64,000 nt of DNA, from NCBI GenBank assembly GCA_001661245.1, contig KV454012.1:278147-342146 (forward strand). The letters are read 5' to 3'. This DNA is from Pachysolen tannophilus NRRL Y-2460 (Eukaryota). Positions 44,554 to 56,460 of the stretch are shown piece by piece. Every line of letters begins with the position of its first letter. The first letter of the stretch is position 1. The position numbers were made by a program, and so were the translations under genes. The notes under the pieces are model-generated. The model was not told the origin of the DNA and did not search any database. It worked only from the letters and a program-made list of their open reading frames with translations.

Positions 44554-45879
44554 ATGCAAAAAAGTGGAATTACTACAATTTCTGAAAATAATGAAACAAA
44601 GCCTAATAGATCAAGATCAATTTGGGGATCAGTGAAGGCAAGGACAAATAAACCAGGGTCTTTATCATTATCATCATCTTCTAGAAAATCCAATGAAATT
44701 TCAAAATTTGATCGTTCGATAAAACGTGATATTTCGGCTCCTTTGGATCCAGTTATGTATAATAATAATAATAATAATAATAATAAGAAACAATTATCGT
44801 TACAACAGGGGAAATTTAATATGAGTAGACCTTTATCAGCAATATCATCAAGAAATTTGAATCAAATCCAACCAAGTGAATTTAATGATGAATTTTTAGA
44901 AACAAATTTTAATAATACTAATCATATTAGGAAAAAAAATTTTTCATCATTAGAAACAGAAAATAAAATATTATCATCATCATCACAAATAAGACATAAA
45001 AAAAGGATATCTTCACATTCAGATTCAAAAAGAAATAGATATTCTTCAATATATAGTAATGATTTGGTTCAATTTGATAATAATGATGAATCTTTAATAA
45101 AAAATTTTACTCGTAATAATAATGTTTCTAAAAGGGAAATAATAAATAGACGTCATTCATCTATTTTTGGACAAGATCCAATAACAATTGATTTATTAAA
45201 TACATTAAATGAAATAACTTCACCAAATAAATCATCTAATCATTCTTTAATAGAAGAATCAGAAAGAGAATTACAAAATGAAACTAATGAAATTAATGAA
45301 ATTAATGATTTTCAATCAAATTTTATTGAAGATGAAAATAATATAGATAGAACAAGAACTTCTTCAGATCTTTCATCAACATTTGAAGATTATAAATTGG
45401 CATTAAAAGCTTTTTCTTCAAGTGATAAAGAAGAAGAAACAATGGATGAAAGAATAAGTGATAATGATAATACTTTAAGTCAAGAAGATAATACACAAAA
45501 TACAATTTCAACACAATTTTCAGATACATTTTCACTTTCAATAACTCCTCAATTTTCTGATTCAGGTGAAATAATAATCGCAGGCGATGATAATAATATT
45601 AAAGAACTTTGGAAAGAAAATATAAAAATTTTTTGTAATTGCATTTGGATCGGTAGTACAACTACTTTAACCAAACATAATGATTTTAATGAAGATGGTT
45701 CAATTAATTATAATAGATATAGTCAAAGTTATTATGCTGACAATGTCTTTCATAACGTTGATGAGATCTTCCGTACTAATAGTGAATTTGAAGAAGCTAA
45801 TTTAGCAGAAGATTCATGTAAGAATAATTTCGACGGGGAGAGGGATAAAGTACATAGAACTTCTCTTTACTTTACTTGA
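44554..45879 (+). CDS. Hypothetical low-complexity Asn/Ser-rich protein
   Basis: 441-aa ORF; partial CRIB-like DISAP; no family recognised. Confidence 0.7.
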   Translation: MQKSGITTISENNETKPNRSRSIWGSVKARTNKPGSLSLSSSSRKSNEISKFDRSIKRDISAPLDPVMYNNNNNNNNKKQLSLQQGKFNMSRPLSAISSRNLNQIQPSEFNDEFLETNFNNTNHIRKKNFSSLETENKILSSSSQIRHKKRISSHSDSKRNRYSSIYSNDLVQFDNNDESLIKNFTRNNNVSKREIINRRHSSIFGQDPITIDLLNTLNEITSPNKSSNHSLIEESERELQNETNEINEINDFQSNFIEDENNIDRTRTSSDLSSTFEDYKLALKAFSSSDKEEETMDERISDNDNTLSQEDNTQNTISTQFSDTFSLSITPQFSDSGEIIIAGDDNNIKELWKENIKIFCNCIWIGSTTTLTKHNDFNEDGSINYNRYSQSYYADNVFHNVDEIFRTNSEFEEANLAEDSCKNNFDGERDKVHRTSLYFT

Positions 45880-46288
45880 AACTGACTAGTTTCCCCTTCT
45901 TTTAATTATTTTTTTTTTTTTCTTTTCATCCTTTATTTTTTCTTTTGCTAATTTTAATTCAAACTTCCTCCCTTTCTTCAATCTTTTAATCATATAGTTA
46001 TTACTTAAAACTATTTCTTATTAGCTAGTGATAATTCCTAATTAGTCAAAGTATTAATGGTAGTTGCTTCACATGCAGGTACATTTTTTAAAAATTGTTC
46101 TTATTTAAAGAGCCAATCAACTAAGTTTGCTATTTTCACCTAATTTGGCATATTATACAGTATAAAATTATAATATATAGTAATATATATATATGATTTT
46201 TGATTTTTGATTTTTGGAAAAAGATATGGAAATTCCTTTTGTAACTTTTATTGTTATATTATGTTTAATTTTAAGTGATGTTACAAGG

Positions 46289-47779
46289 ATGTTTGATAAA
46301 TTAAAAGTATTGAATAAAAGTTCGGGATCAATCAAGGTTTCAGCACCTGCAGCACCTGCTGGACAACTGCCAACTGTGAAATCAATTTATCAATCGAGAA
46401 ATAATTTTGGTGTTAATCTAGGCAGTGTTTTCGTTTTAGAAAAATTTATGTATGGAGATTTTTTCATTGATAATTCTGGAGCTGAATTGGATGCAATCTC
46501 AAGGCATGTTGAGAAAAAGGGAATTGACAAGACTAGAAAATTATTGGAGAAACATTGGGGGAATTATATGTCTCAAAAAGATTGGAAATATTTGGCTTCA
46601 AAAGGTGTTCAAGCAGTTAGAATTCCAATTGGATATTGGGGAATTAATGGTGGTGAATTTGCTAAAAATACAAATTTTGCTAAAATTTCTCCAGTTTATC
46701 AAAATTGTTGGAAATTTTATAAACAATTAATTGAAACAGCCAAGAATTATAAAATTGGAGTATTGGTGGATTTACATGCTTTACCAAAAGGTGCAAATAC
46801 AGGTGATCATAGTGGAGAAGTACTTAAAAATGCTGGATTTTGGGAATCTTCCACTGCAATAAGTATAGCCATTGATCTGGTCACTTTTATTGCTCATGAT
46901 GTTATAAATTATGAAAACGTTTGTGGATTACAAATTGTTAATGAATCGGAATTTAGCAATGATGGGAAACATCAAAAAAAATATTACACCGCTGCTATAA
47001 ATGCCATCAGATCTGTTAATGCAGATATTCCAATCGTTATTTCGGACGGTTGGTGGCCCGATCAATGGGTCCGCTGGATAAATGATAATAGTCAGAATGG
47101 TGATTTGGGTGTCATTATTGATACACACATTTACCGATGTTTTGCAGATGACGATAAGAAAAAATCTCCTGAACAGATTATCGAGGATTTGGATAAAACC
47201 GTACTCAAGGACTTATCTGGAAAACTGGACATTTTAATTGGTGAATATTCATGTGTATTGGATGGGGATTCTTGGTCAAAAACAAACCAGAATAGAGCAA
47301 AGCTTGTTCAACAATATGGTCAAACAGAACAAAGATTGTTCAAGCAAAGAGCCAAATGTGGTTCTTATTTTTGGACTTTTAAATTTCAATATGGTGATGG
47401 TGGTGAGTGGGGGTTTGTTCCAATGGTTGAGTCTGGTAGTATTCCTCTGAGACAAAAACAAATCAATTTACCATCGGAAGACATTTTCAACAACAATTTA
47501 AATCAACTTTCACAAGGCCACGAAAACTATTGGAGAGATCAAAATCCAAATGAAAAATACGAACATTGGAGATATAAAGAAGGATTCATAACTGCTTGGT
47601 GTGATTCCAATGAATTTGCCAAATTTGATCTGTCGGAATTAGGTAGGGTAGTTGCCTGGACAAATGCAAGGAAGCTGGAGCACATTAAAGCTAGAGGCGG
47701 AGGAAGATTTGTCTGGGAGTGGGAGCTGGGATTCCAAGCTGGTCTCGATAGCTATAGAAGAGAAGCTTTTGGATATTAG
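46289..47779 (+). CDS. GH5 glycoside hydrolase (exo-1,3-beta-glucanase-like, YBR056W-like)
   Basis: GVNLGSVFVLE, VRIPIGYW, DLHALPKGAN..DHSG, acid/base IVNE, DTHIYR, nucleophile IGEYS; likely start MFDKLK at 46289 (alternative 46226). Confidence 0.88.
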   Translation: MFDKLKVLNKSSGSIKVSAPAAPAGQLPTVKSIYQSRNNFGVNLGSVFVLEKFMYGDFFIDNSGAELDAISRHVEKKGIDKTRKLLEKHWGNYMSQKDWKYLASKGVQAVRIPIGYWGINGGEFAKNTNFAKISPVYQNCWKFYKQLIETAKNYKIGVLVDLHALPKGANTGDHSGEVLKNAGFWESSTAISIAIDLVTFIAHDVINYENVCGLQIVNESEFSNDGKHQKKYYTAAINAIRSVNADIPIVISDGWWPDQWVRWINDNSQNGDLGVIIDTHIYRCFADDDKKKSPEQIIEDLDKTVLKDLSGKLDILIGEYSCVLDGDSWSKTNQNRAKLVQQYGQTEQRLFKQRAKCGSYFWTFKFQYGDGGEWGFVPMVESGSIPLRQKQINLPSEDIFNNNLNQLSQGHENYWRDQNPNEKYEHWRYKEGFITAWCDSNEFAKFDLSELGRVVAWTNARKLEHIKARGGGRFVWEWELGFQAGLDSYRREAFGY

Positions 47780-48114
47780 GTGTTTAGGTTTCGGTATATT
47801 TCAAAAACATTTCTTTTCTTTTTCTTTTTTTTTTTTTTTAATTTTTATTACAGCTAAATAAATTTGAAAAGGTATTGACAATTAAGTTAATTGGAATTTT
47901 CCCTGATGCTAAATCCAATGCGTTTACCGGTAGTCAAGATAAAAAGTAAAAAAAGAAAAAGGGCAACAACAAAAAAGAATATAAAACAAACAAAACAGAA
48001 CAACTGATAAACTACTACTAAATATCTGATTAAATTGAAAACACAAATGGCTATGTTGGAATGTTATGATTAAACAGGGTGATGCAACTTCAAAGTTATG
48101 TATATAAAGTATCT

Positions 48115-48145
<31 letters not shown>

Positions 48146-48231
48146 GATTTAAATATATTTTTTGAAAGAAAGTAATTGATCAAACAAATGTTTGTCTCTT
48201 GAGAACGATGATTATTAACTTTACTTAAAGT

Positions 48232-50046
48232 CTAAGGAGACTTTCTTGTCAAACTAGCTTTTCTAACACCACCACTTCCTATGATTTTTTCGGCACCAGT
48301 TTGGCTTGAAAGTCTACTTCTAACTCTAGCACCAGAGCTAGTTCTTGATCTTCCCTTTGGGATCTTGAGTGAATCTTCTAAGTTATATCTTTCAGCTAAT
48401 TGCAGCTGATAAGGTGGTGGTGATGATGCTATAGTTGTAGTTCTTGTTGTTGTCGTTGTTGTCCTAGTTTTGGTTAATTGAATACCATTTGCTGTTGAGC
48501 CATTACCTGGGTTTGTAATTGACCTAAGAACTCTCCACTGTTGATTTGATGTTGACCCATCTAATACGTTTGAAACAGTTCTATTGCTGCCTCCAGATTT
48601 TTGTGGGCTACTACTTGGGATGACTTGTTCTGAAGCTTCAATATAATCTACATCATTTGTATTAACTTTGTGATCATGGTTCACTTGGTCATTATAATTT
48701 TCTTGTTCAATTTGTCTTTCACTAACATATTCATCATCATCTGAATTATTGGTATTATAGTATTGGGATCTTTGAGGTGAACTCTTACGTGGTTGTCCTG
48801 GGCTTTTCAAAGGAACGGCTCTATGTGCACTTTTCAATTGACCAGAAAATTTTCTTCTTCTTACTGGAGTAGCTGGTGATGTATCAGTTGCTGTAGTAGT
48901 ATCCAATTTTGCCAAATTCATATTTGCAATTTCTTCTGATTGTAAAATTTTTTTCTCTTTTCTATTACGATTTTTAAATTCTTCATAAGAGATTAAAGAA
49001 TAAAGTCCACCTATTGAATCATCTGGAATGCTATCAAGAACCATAGTATGTCTCCAATCTCTAAATTCATTTTGGTGTAAATATAACCAATGTTGTTGAG
49101 GTCCAACAACCATACCAGGTCTAATCATACGCATATAACTAATACATTCATTTGCTGTAAAACCATGAGTATAAATCAAATGTGCACCAATGAGACAACC
49201 AGTTCTTCCTAATCCCGCTTTACAATGAACAGCAATTTTACCTCCAGCATTTATTACACATTCAGCAGCTCCAATAAATTTTTGAACATATTCCATGGTG
49301 GGGCAAGTACCATCATCAAATATCATATCAATATGTTGTATTCCTCTTTTTATAAATTCAGTTGAATCATATAAATGTGAATTTAATCTTACAACCAATT
49401 TAACATTATTTTTCACAAAATATTCCAATACTTTAGTGAAAGGTTCATTTAATGGTGCTCCAGCTCTTGCTTGTTGTGGTGATGCAAAAGCAATAAAATC
49501 TTTAGAAATAACGTTAAAATCACCTTGATCAACTCTTTCATATTGTTCATATTCTTCTAAATTAAACGAGGTTATATCTATCATATTTCTTTCCTTAGCT
49601 CTCCACATACTGTATACGACGTCTTGTATTGTTATTTCGAAATCAGCATGACTATAACCAGCATCTCTAAATGGCATAAATGGTGGATCACATTGGCATA
49701 TTGGATGTAAAACTTGATGAGGAGACCAATTTTGAACTAGAATCATATAACAGCAAAGTAAAGTTGCTGCATTTGCTCTTTCCCTTGAGCCTCCAGAAGA
49801 ATAAAAAACAACTGCTTTACCTCTATTGTCATTATCATTCAAGATATTATGCAAGACAACTGCAAATCTATATAAATGTCCAATATGTAAAGGACCAAAA
49901 TCAAGATGAAAAGGATTGTAAGGCAAAGAATCTTCAACAGTAAAGTAAACTAACTTGTCTGTGTTTTGTGGTTGATAATCATAAGCGCCAAGGTAAATTC
50001 TACCTTTTAAAAATTCAATGGCATCAACATTAGGTCTCTTTGGCAT
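48232..50046 (-). CDS. CDC14: Dual-specificity phosphatase Cdc14
   Basis: YNPFHLDFGPLHIGHLYRF, PFRDAGYS, catalytic HCKAGLGRTG, RPGMVVGPQQ. Confidence 0.96.
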   Translation of the reverse strand: MPKRPNVDAIEFLKGRIYLGAYDYQPQNTDKLVYFTVEDSLPYNPFHLDFGPLHIGHLYRFAVVLHNILNDNDNRGKAVVFYSSGGSRERANAATLLCCYMILVQNWSPHQVLHPICQCDPPFMPFRDAGYSHADFEITIQDVVYSMWRAKERNMIDITSFNLEEYEQYERVDQGDFNVISKDFIAFASPQQARAGAPLNEPFTKVLEYFVKNNVKLVVRLNSHLYDSTEFIKRGIQHIDMIFDDGTCPTMEYVQKFIGAAECVINAGGKIAVHCKAGLGRTGCLIGAHLIYTHGFTANECISYMRMIRPGMVVGPQQHWLYLHQNEFRDWRHTMVLDSIPDDSIGGLYSLISYEEFKNRNRKEKKILQSEEIANMNLAKLDTTTATDTSPATPVRRRKFSGQLKSAHRAVPLKSPGQPRKSSPQRSQYYNTNNSDDDEYVSERQIEQENYNDQVNHDHKVNTNDVDYIEASEQVIPSSSPQKSGGSNRTVSNVLDGSTSNQQWRVLRSITNPGNGSTANGIQLTKTRTTTTTTRTTTIASSPPPYQLQLAERYNLEDSLKIPKGRSRTSSGARVRSRLSSQTGAEKIIGSGGVRKASLTRKSP

Positions 50047-50433
50047 CTTGCTGTCTATTCTATTTTATAAATTAAAGCGAAATCAATAAATAAATGTCTA
50101 TTTTTCAACAAACTTTCAAAAGAAAAGAAAAAAAATATCAAAGAGTTGTGATCTATAGCAATATCTTGAGTTTAAATGATACCTGTAAGTTTCTTTTTTT
50201 TTGTTTTACTTCGTTTTTCCCTTCTATCTTCTCTTCTCTTCTCTTCTCTTCTCTTTTGATTTCCAGCGTCTATGTTCCACTTTTATGAAATAATTATAAC
50301 TCCCCTGAAAGATGAATAAAAAACACTTCAAAAGGATAAACCGTAACAACTGCTATACCAGCCTTCAAATTTAGAACTGGTTTGTTTATCTTTTTCAACT
50401 AGCTTGACTTGGTAACTTTCTCTACAAATTTCT

Positions 50434-50460
50434 GTGTTTACATATTTCCTAAATGCTCAA
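50434..50460 (-). promoter_or_regulatory. Mcm1 half-site plus Forkhead site upstream of CDC14
   Basis: Minus strand TTGAGCATTTAGGAAA-TAT-GTAAACAC, the Mcm1/Fkh arrangement of G2/M promoters. Confidence 0.45.
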
Positions 50461-51114
50461 TCTGTGCGTATGTGTATTATTACTAGTAAGAAGAGCCGCA
50501 CGAAAAAAAAACCATTTTTCTTTTTTTTTTAACTTTTCTTTTTTTTATTGTTTTGTTAGCGGACAAAAAGAAACAAAATTTATTTATTTAAAGAAAAAAT
50601 ATGAATTATATTAGGTTATTAGGTAAGCGCTTATATAATATGTCTAGCTACCTCATTTGGAAATGTGATTAATTGCAAACGACCGTTTTTTTTTATTTTT
50701 TAATTTTTTTTTTTTTTCGGATATAAAAAATTTATTTAAACTGTTTAATCCAAGACACACGACCCAATTATTTTACTTTTCCAAAATTAAAAAAAGCCCT
50801 AATTGTTTGATACTTAACGAACTACTTTTATAATAACTGTTATGAAAGATATCACGGGTTAATCTTTGGATGGTGGTATTAAAGATTTTGTTAGGAAACA
50901 ACGGCGCTTAGTTAAGTTTAGTTTAAATTGAATGGGTTGTTGGTTTACAATACAACTGATAAGAATATTTAATAATTATTATCAAAAGTAATCTTATTTT
51001 TGATTTATAAAAAATATAAATTGATATTTGATTAATTTAAATTTTTTTTATCTTTTTTTTTTCTTTTTTTAAAAATTAAAAAAATAAAAAAAAAAAAAGA
51101 CTCAAAGTTTTAAA

Positions 51115-53067
51115 ATGAATCTTTCTGAATTAACTGTTGCTGGAACTTTAGGTGTTGGTTATCTTGATGCAAAATTGAGATTATCACAAGATTTACATAT
51201 CTTACCAAATTTTTTCACAAGAGTTTTCCAACATATTGTACATATTTTAAAGGGGAAAGTTAATTTTTGGTATACTTTTGAGAGTGTTGTTGAAAAATAT
51301 TCTGAAAATATTGCATTGGTATATCCAAGAAGGATTCCAGGTAAAACGACTAAGGATGGAGATAATCAATTTGAAATTGAAAAATATACTTATCAAGAAT
51401 TATATGATATCATATTAAGGTTATCATATATTTTGTCTAATGATTATGGTATTACTTCAAAAGATACTATTGCAATTGATTGTACCAATAAACCTTTATT
51501 TATATTTCTATGGTTTTCATTATGGAATATTGGTGCTGTTCCAAGTTTCCTCAACTATAACATCACTCATCATCCCTTAGTGCATTGTTTGAAAATAGTG
51601 GATGCTGCACAATGTTTTGTTGATCCAGATGCAGCAGGACCAATTAAAGATGCATTACCTGAATTGGAGAAAGAGTTACCAAAGATAAAAATTAATTTTA
51701 TTGACGAACAAGAATTGATGAAAATTTTATTAAACAAAAATTCACCAAAATATAGAGCCCCGGATAATACTAGAAGACCAGATGATAATGATTGGGATAT
51801 AGCTCTGTTAATTTATACAAGTGGTACTACAGGATTACCAAAAAGTGCTATTATGAGTTGGAGAAAATCTTTCTTTGCATCAACTGTTTTTGGACAAATT
51901 GTCAAGATTAAATCTGATAGTACGGTCTTTACTGCAATGCCTTTATATCATTCAACTGCTGCAATGTTGGGGATATTACCTGCAATTTCTGTAGGAGCAG
52001 CAGTTGCGCTTTCACATAATTTTTCACTGTCAACTTTTTGGACACAAGTTAAAATTACTAAAGCAACTCATTTCCAATATGTTGGTGAAGTTTGTAGATA
52101 TTTATTAAACTCTCCAAGACATCCAGATGAAAAATTGCATCAGGCAAAGATTGCATATGGTAATGGATTAAGAGCTGATATTTGGAAAGAATTCAAAGAA
52201 AGATTTGGAATAATAGGTATAGGAGAATTTTATGCTGCTACAGAAGCTCCAATAGCTACTACATCTTTCCAAACAGGAGATTTTGGTATAGGTGCTTGTC
52301 GTAACTATGGTAAATTCATTAACTTTGTATTGGATTTCCAACAACGTATTGTTAAAATGGATCCAGAAGATGATTCCAATATTTGGAGAGATCCAGTTAC
52401 AGGATTTGCAAAATTGGCAGATTATAACGAACCTGGGGAATTATTATATAAGATAATGAATCCAAAAAGACCAGAAATGTCATTTCAAGGTTATTTAAAT
52501 AATAAACGAGAAACAAATTCCAAAATAATAAGAGATGTCTTTAAGAAAGGAGATGCATATTTTAGATCTGGTGATTTGTTGAAAATGGATAAAGATGGCC
52601 TTTTCTATTTTATAGATAGGTTGGGAGATACTTTCAGATGGAAATCTGAAAATGTTAGTGCTACAGAAGTTGAAAATGAAATATTAAAATTAAAAGAAAT
52701 ATTACAATGTGTTGTTGTTGGTGTTAAAATTCCAAACCATGAAGGACGTTGTGGTTATGCTGTTTTACAACCTAGAGATGATATGGATTTACAAAATAAG
52801 AAAGAATTACAACAGTTTATGCAAAAATTATCAAAACATGTAATTTCAAATTTACCAGTTTATGCAAGACCTTATTTTATACAATTTTGCAAAATTGAAA
52901 GTACTGATAACCATAAAATTGCAAAGAAGCAGTTCAAAAATCCCCAATTACCTAAAGGTATCACTGGTGATCAGACTATATACTGGCTAAATCCTGAAAC
53001 ATCTTGTTACGAAATATTGGATGAATTTAAATGGATGAGTATAACCCAGGGTAAAGCTCGTTTGTAG
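51115..53067 (+). CDS. FAT1: Very-long-chain acyl-CoA synthetase / fatty acid transport protein
   Basis: YTSGTTGLPK, QYVGEVCRYL, EFYAATE, DRLGDTFRWKSENVS; C-terminal ARL. Confidence 0.93.
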   Translation: MNLSELTVAGTLGVGYLDAKLRLSQDLHILPNFFTRVFQHIVHILKGKVNFWYTFESVVEKYSENIALVYPRRIPGKTTKDGDNQFEIEKYTYQELYDIILRLSYILSNDYGITSKDTIAIDCTNKPLFIFLWFSLWNIGAVPSFLNYNITHHPLVHCLKIVDAAQCFVDPDAAGPIKDALPELEKELPKIKINFIDEQELMKILLNKNSPKYRAPDNTRRPDDNDWDIALLIYTSGTTGLPKSAIMSWRKSFFASTVFGQIVKIKSDSTVFTAMPLYHSTAAMLGILPAISVGAAVALSHNFSLSTFWTQVKITKATHFQYVGEVCRYLLNSPRHPDEKLHQAKIAYGNGLRADIWKEFKERFGIIGIGEFYAATEAPIATTSFQTGDFGIGACRNYGKFINFVLDFQQRIVKMDPEDDSNIWRDPVTGFAKLADYNEPGELLYKIMNPKRPEMSFQGYLNNKRETNSKIIRDVFKKGDAYFRSGDLLKMDKDGLFYFIDRLGDTFRWKSENVSATEVENEILKLKEILQCVVVGVKIPNHEGRCGYAVLQPRDDMDLQNKKELQQFMQKLSKHVISNLPVYARPYFIQFCKIESTDNHKIAKKQFKNPQLPKGITGDQTIYWLNPETSCYEILDEFKWMSITQGKARL

Positions 53068-53678
53068 ATAAAGCAAAAAAAAAGGAATCATAAATAATTT
53101 TATAAAAATTAGATTTGCGTTTTTTACATATAGATATATAGATATATAGATAGATAGATATATCCAACTATTAAATTTTAAAATCAACATTATAGTTAAA
53201 TATAATTGAATCTCAAAACCAAAAAAAGAAGAAAAAAAAAAAAAAAAAAAAAAGAAAAAGACAAATACAAAAAGTATACTAAATAAAAAAATAGATTTAA
53301 TCCAGTAACAATAAAACTAAAANNNNNNNNNNNNNNNNNNNNNNNNNNNNNNNNNNNNNNNNNNNNNNNNNNNNNNNNNNNNNNNNNNNNNNNNNNNNNN
53401 NNNNNNNNNNNNNNNNNNNNNNNNNNNNNNNNNNNNNNNNNNNNNNNNNNNNNNNNNNNNNNNNNNNNNNNNNNNNNNNNNNNNNNNNNNNNNNNNNNNN
53501 NNNNNNNNNNNNNNNNNNNNNNNNNNNNNNNNNNNNNNNNNNNNNNNNNNNNNNNNNNNNNNNNNNNNNNNNNNNNNNNNNNNNNNNNNNNNNNNNNNNN
53601 NNNNNNNNNNNNNNNNNNNNNNNNNNNNNNNNNNNNNNNNNNNNNNNAAAAAAAAAAGAAAAGCAAATCAAAAAGTAT

Positions 53679-54998
53679 CTAATAAAAAAATGATTTAATC
53701 CAGTAACATAAAACTAAAAAGACAAATGGAATAATGAAAATTCTTATTAATTCAGTATAACTTCCTATTTTTAATTCAATTTTGTAAGTTTCACTTGTAT
53801 TTTCCATTTTAAAATTTCCATTTTTATAAAAACTATTTAAATAATCATCTTTTTCATACCAAGTTTTAAATAACCATTGTTCAAATTTCTCCATATTTTT
53901 TTCATCATTTATTAAATTTTTATCAAATTTAACATTTGGTATATCTTTATCTATATCAAAGCAACGGAAATGTAAATGAACTTCTCTTGGACCTAAACCA
54001 TAAAGGTAAGTTTTTTTCAAAGTGTAAATATCTTGAGCAAATTGATCTTTAGAAATACCACCATATCCAATTGTTATATCATAAATTTTTTTTGTAGTTG
54101 AAGATAATTGTAAAGTTGAAAGGTATAAACCTTTAACCCTTGGTAATAAACAATTTTTTAATAATTTTTGATCAATTTTTTTACACCAATCATCAGATTT
54201 TTTTTTCCTATCAGTAGATAAATTTGTTCCTTCTGGAAATAATATTAACCAATTTTTTTTTAAACTATTAAAATAATAATTTTTTTCTAAAATTCTTGAA
54301 TAATGATCAATATTTGCTAATTGATTTAACATTAAAATTTTATCTAATTCCCATTTTCTTGATAAAAAGATAAATTTATAATTTTTCATTCCATAACCTA
54401 AAACTGGTATATTTTTTAAAGATTTTTTCATTATGATATAAACATTATTTGCTACATCATTCATATAAGCCAAAAACCATAAAAATAACCAGTCAATATA
54501 TATTTGATGATTAGAAATTATAATTGAATTATCACAAAGGTATGATTTTAATAAATTTTTCCTATATTGGAAACTATTTTTAGGTATTGATTCATCATGA
54601 GTAATGAGTAATGTAGCTGGTGAACATACCGCTGTAACAAATGTTAATAAAATAACAAAATTTGTCTTTGTAAAATTTAATAAAATTCTTTTATAAATTG
54701 GGGACCAAAATAAAGATGTATTTATTAAAAATTGTGTAAAAACAATTGATAAACATCCAATAATGAAAAAAATTATAATAAATGTTAACCTCAGAACATT
54801 GAATATTGTTAATTTTTCCTTATTTTTAGTAGTAAATATTGTTGGTGAAGCTGGAACAGGTATATTAGTTGTTATAGATGGCGATATTGATGCATCAGGG
54901 GTTACCGCCGATGCATCAATATCAGTATTTCTAGTTTCAATCCTAGATTCGCCATTAACCAAAACTTTGTCGCCACCTTCCACCATCGTTTCATACAT
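53679..54998 (-). CDS. CST26: Lysophospholipid acyltransferase (Cst26/Psi1 family)
   Basis: NHQIYIDW, FIFLSRKW, LFPEGTN, LLPRVKG; convergent with FAT1 as in S. cerevisiae. Confidence 0.85.
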   Translation of the reverse strand: MYETMVEGGDKVLVNGESRIETRNTDIDASAVTPDASISPSITTNIPVPASPTIFTTKNKEKLTIFNVLRLTFIIIFFIIGCLSIVFTQFLINTSLFWSPIYKRILLNFTKTNFVILLTFVTAVCSPATLLITHDESIPKNSFQYRKNLLKSYLCDNSIIISNHQIYIDWLFLWFLAYMNDVANNVYIIMKKSLKNIPVLGYGMKNYKFIFLSRKWELDKILMLNQLANIDHYSRILEKNYYFNSLKKNWLILFPEGTNLSTDRKKKSDDWCKKIDQKLLKNCLLPRVKGLYLSTLQLSSTTKKIYDITIGYGGISKDQFAQDIYTLKKTYLYGLGPREVHLHFRCFDIDKDIPNVKFDKNLINDEKNMEKFEQWLFKTWYEKDDYLNSFYKNGNFKMENTSETYKIELKIGSYTELIRIFIIPFVFLVLCYWIKSFFY

Positions 54999-56357
54999 CA
55001 CTCTAAATATCTTATATAACTATTCCACACACAAAATTGTATCGATTATAAATATATATATAAATATATATATATATATGATATATTACAAATAAATAAA
55101 ATTTTTTATTCCACCTTGTTTAAAACTCTGTCCAAGTTAATTCTAAAGCTTATATGGAATTAATAAATTCAAATGCATAAAAATACAGCAAATATAAATT
55201 AATTAAAAATTAATCAATAAAATAAAATAATATATTAATACTCATTAAAATAAAAATAAAGTCTTCGGTTCGGACATTAAAATTTATTAGAGATTCTCAT
55301 CGCTCAGTTCCTAATAATGTAATTAGCTGTATAAAAAGCAAGTCTTTTTTTTTTTAATTCCCCCTTTTCCCAACAAAAACAAAAATATATAAAAACAAAA
55401 AAAAAAAAAAATTAAAACCGATCAATTTGCCCGCTCGTATTCGGTAAGAAAATCAATATTTAATGAGCGCAAACTTTTAGAATAAACCAGAGAAAGGCAA
55501 AGCAGAGAGCAGAGCAGAGAAGAGCACAGCAGCAGTAGCGGCAGTAGTAGCAGGTAGCGCCTTAAACTTAAACTAAAGTTGAATTAGGGGCGCTGTTTTT
55601 GCACTTTTCTTTTTTACAATATTTTCTAGGGCTGTCAGATATGAGGGCTGGATTGGTTTTTAAAAAAAAAAAGAATCCGTCAGGGAAAATAAAAAAAGCC
55701 CCACATCAAACAAAGGTCGTGCAATTAAAGAGAGAGAGGAAAAAAAAAAAAAAAAAAAAAAAGTGTTTTCGGAAATAATACCCGAAATAAAAGTTTTTAG
55801 TCCGCTTTGCGGAAAGTTTCTTTGAAGATAACCTTAAATAGATAAAGTTATAGGCCAAATGGTTGAGAAAGAGAAAAAGTAAAAGTGAAAAAATAAAAGA
55901 AAAAAAAAATTTTTTTTTTTCTTTATTTTTTAAAGTTAGAGCAAAGTTATTACTCATAATTTATTTATTCTTATTCTGTTATACTAACCTTGAGCTAGCT
56001 AGTAGGGATGATTTATTTTCTTTTTTGAAAAAAGAAAAAAAAATATATTTATATTTTTTCTNNNNNNNNNNNNNNNNNNNNNNNNNNNNNNNNNNNNNNN
56101 NNNNNNNNNNNNNNNNNNNNNNNNNNNNNNNNNNNNNNNNNNNNNNNNNNNNNNNNNNNNNNNNNNNNNNNNNNNNNNNNNNNNNNNNNNNNNNNNNNNN
56201 NNNNNNNNNNNNNNNNNNNNNNNNNNNNNNNNNNNNNNNNNNNNNNNNNNNNNNNNNNNNNNNNNNNNNNNNNNNNNNNNNNNNNNNNNNNNNNNNNNNN
56301 NNNNNNNNNNNNNNNNNNNNNNNNNNNNNNNNNNNNNNNNNNNNNNNNNAAAAAAAA

Positions 56358-56409
<52 letters not shown>

Positions 56410-56460
56410 GATTTTCCAGTGAGGTAAAAAAACCGAACTGATATATGTTAGACAGAGAAT

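Noticed and set aside
53265..53720. Short repeat of the CST26 3' end on both sides of a gap
   Set aside because: Low-quality overlap at a gap edge.
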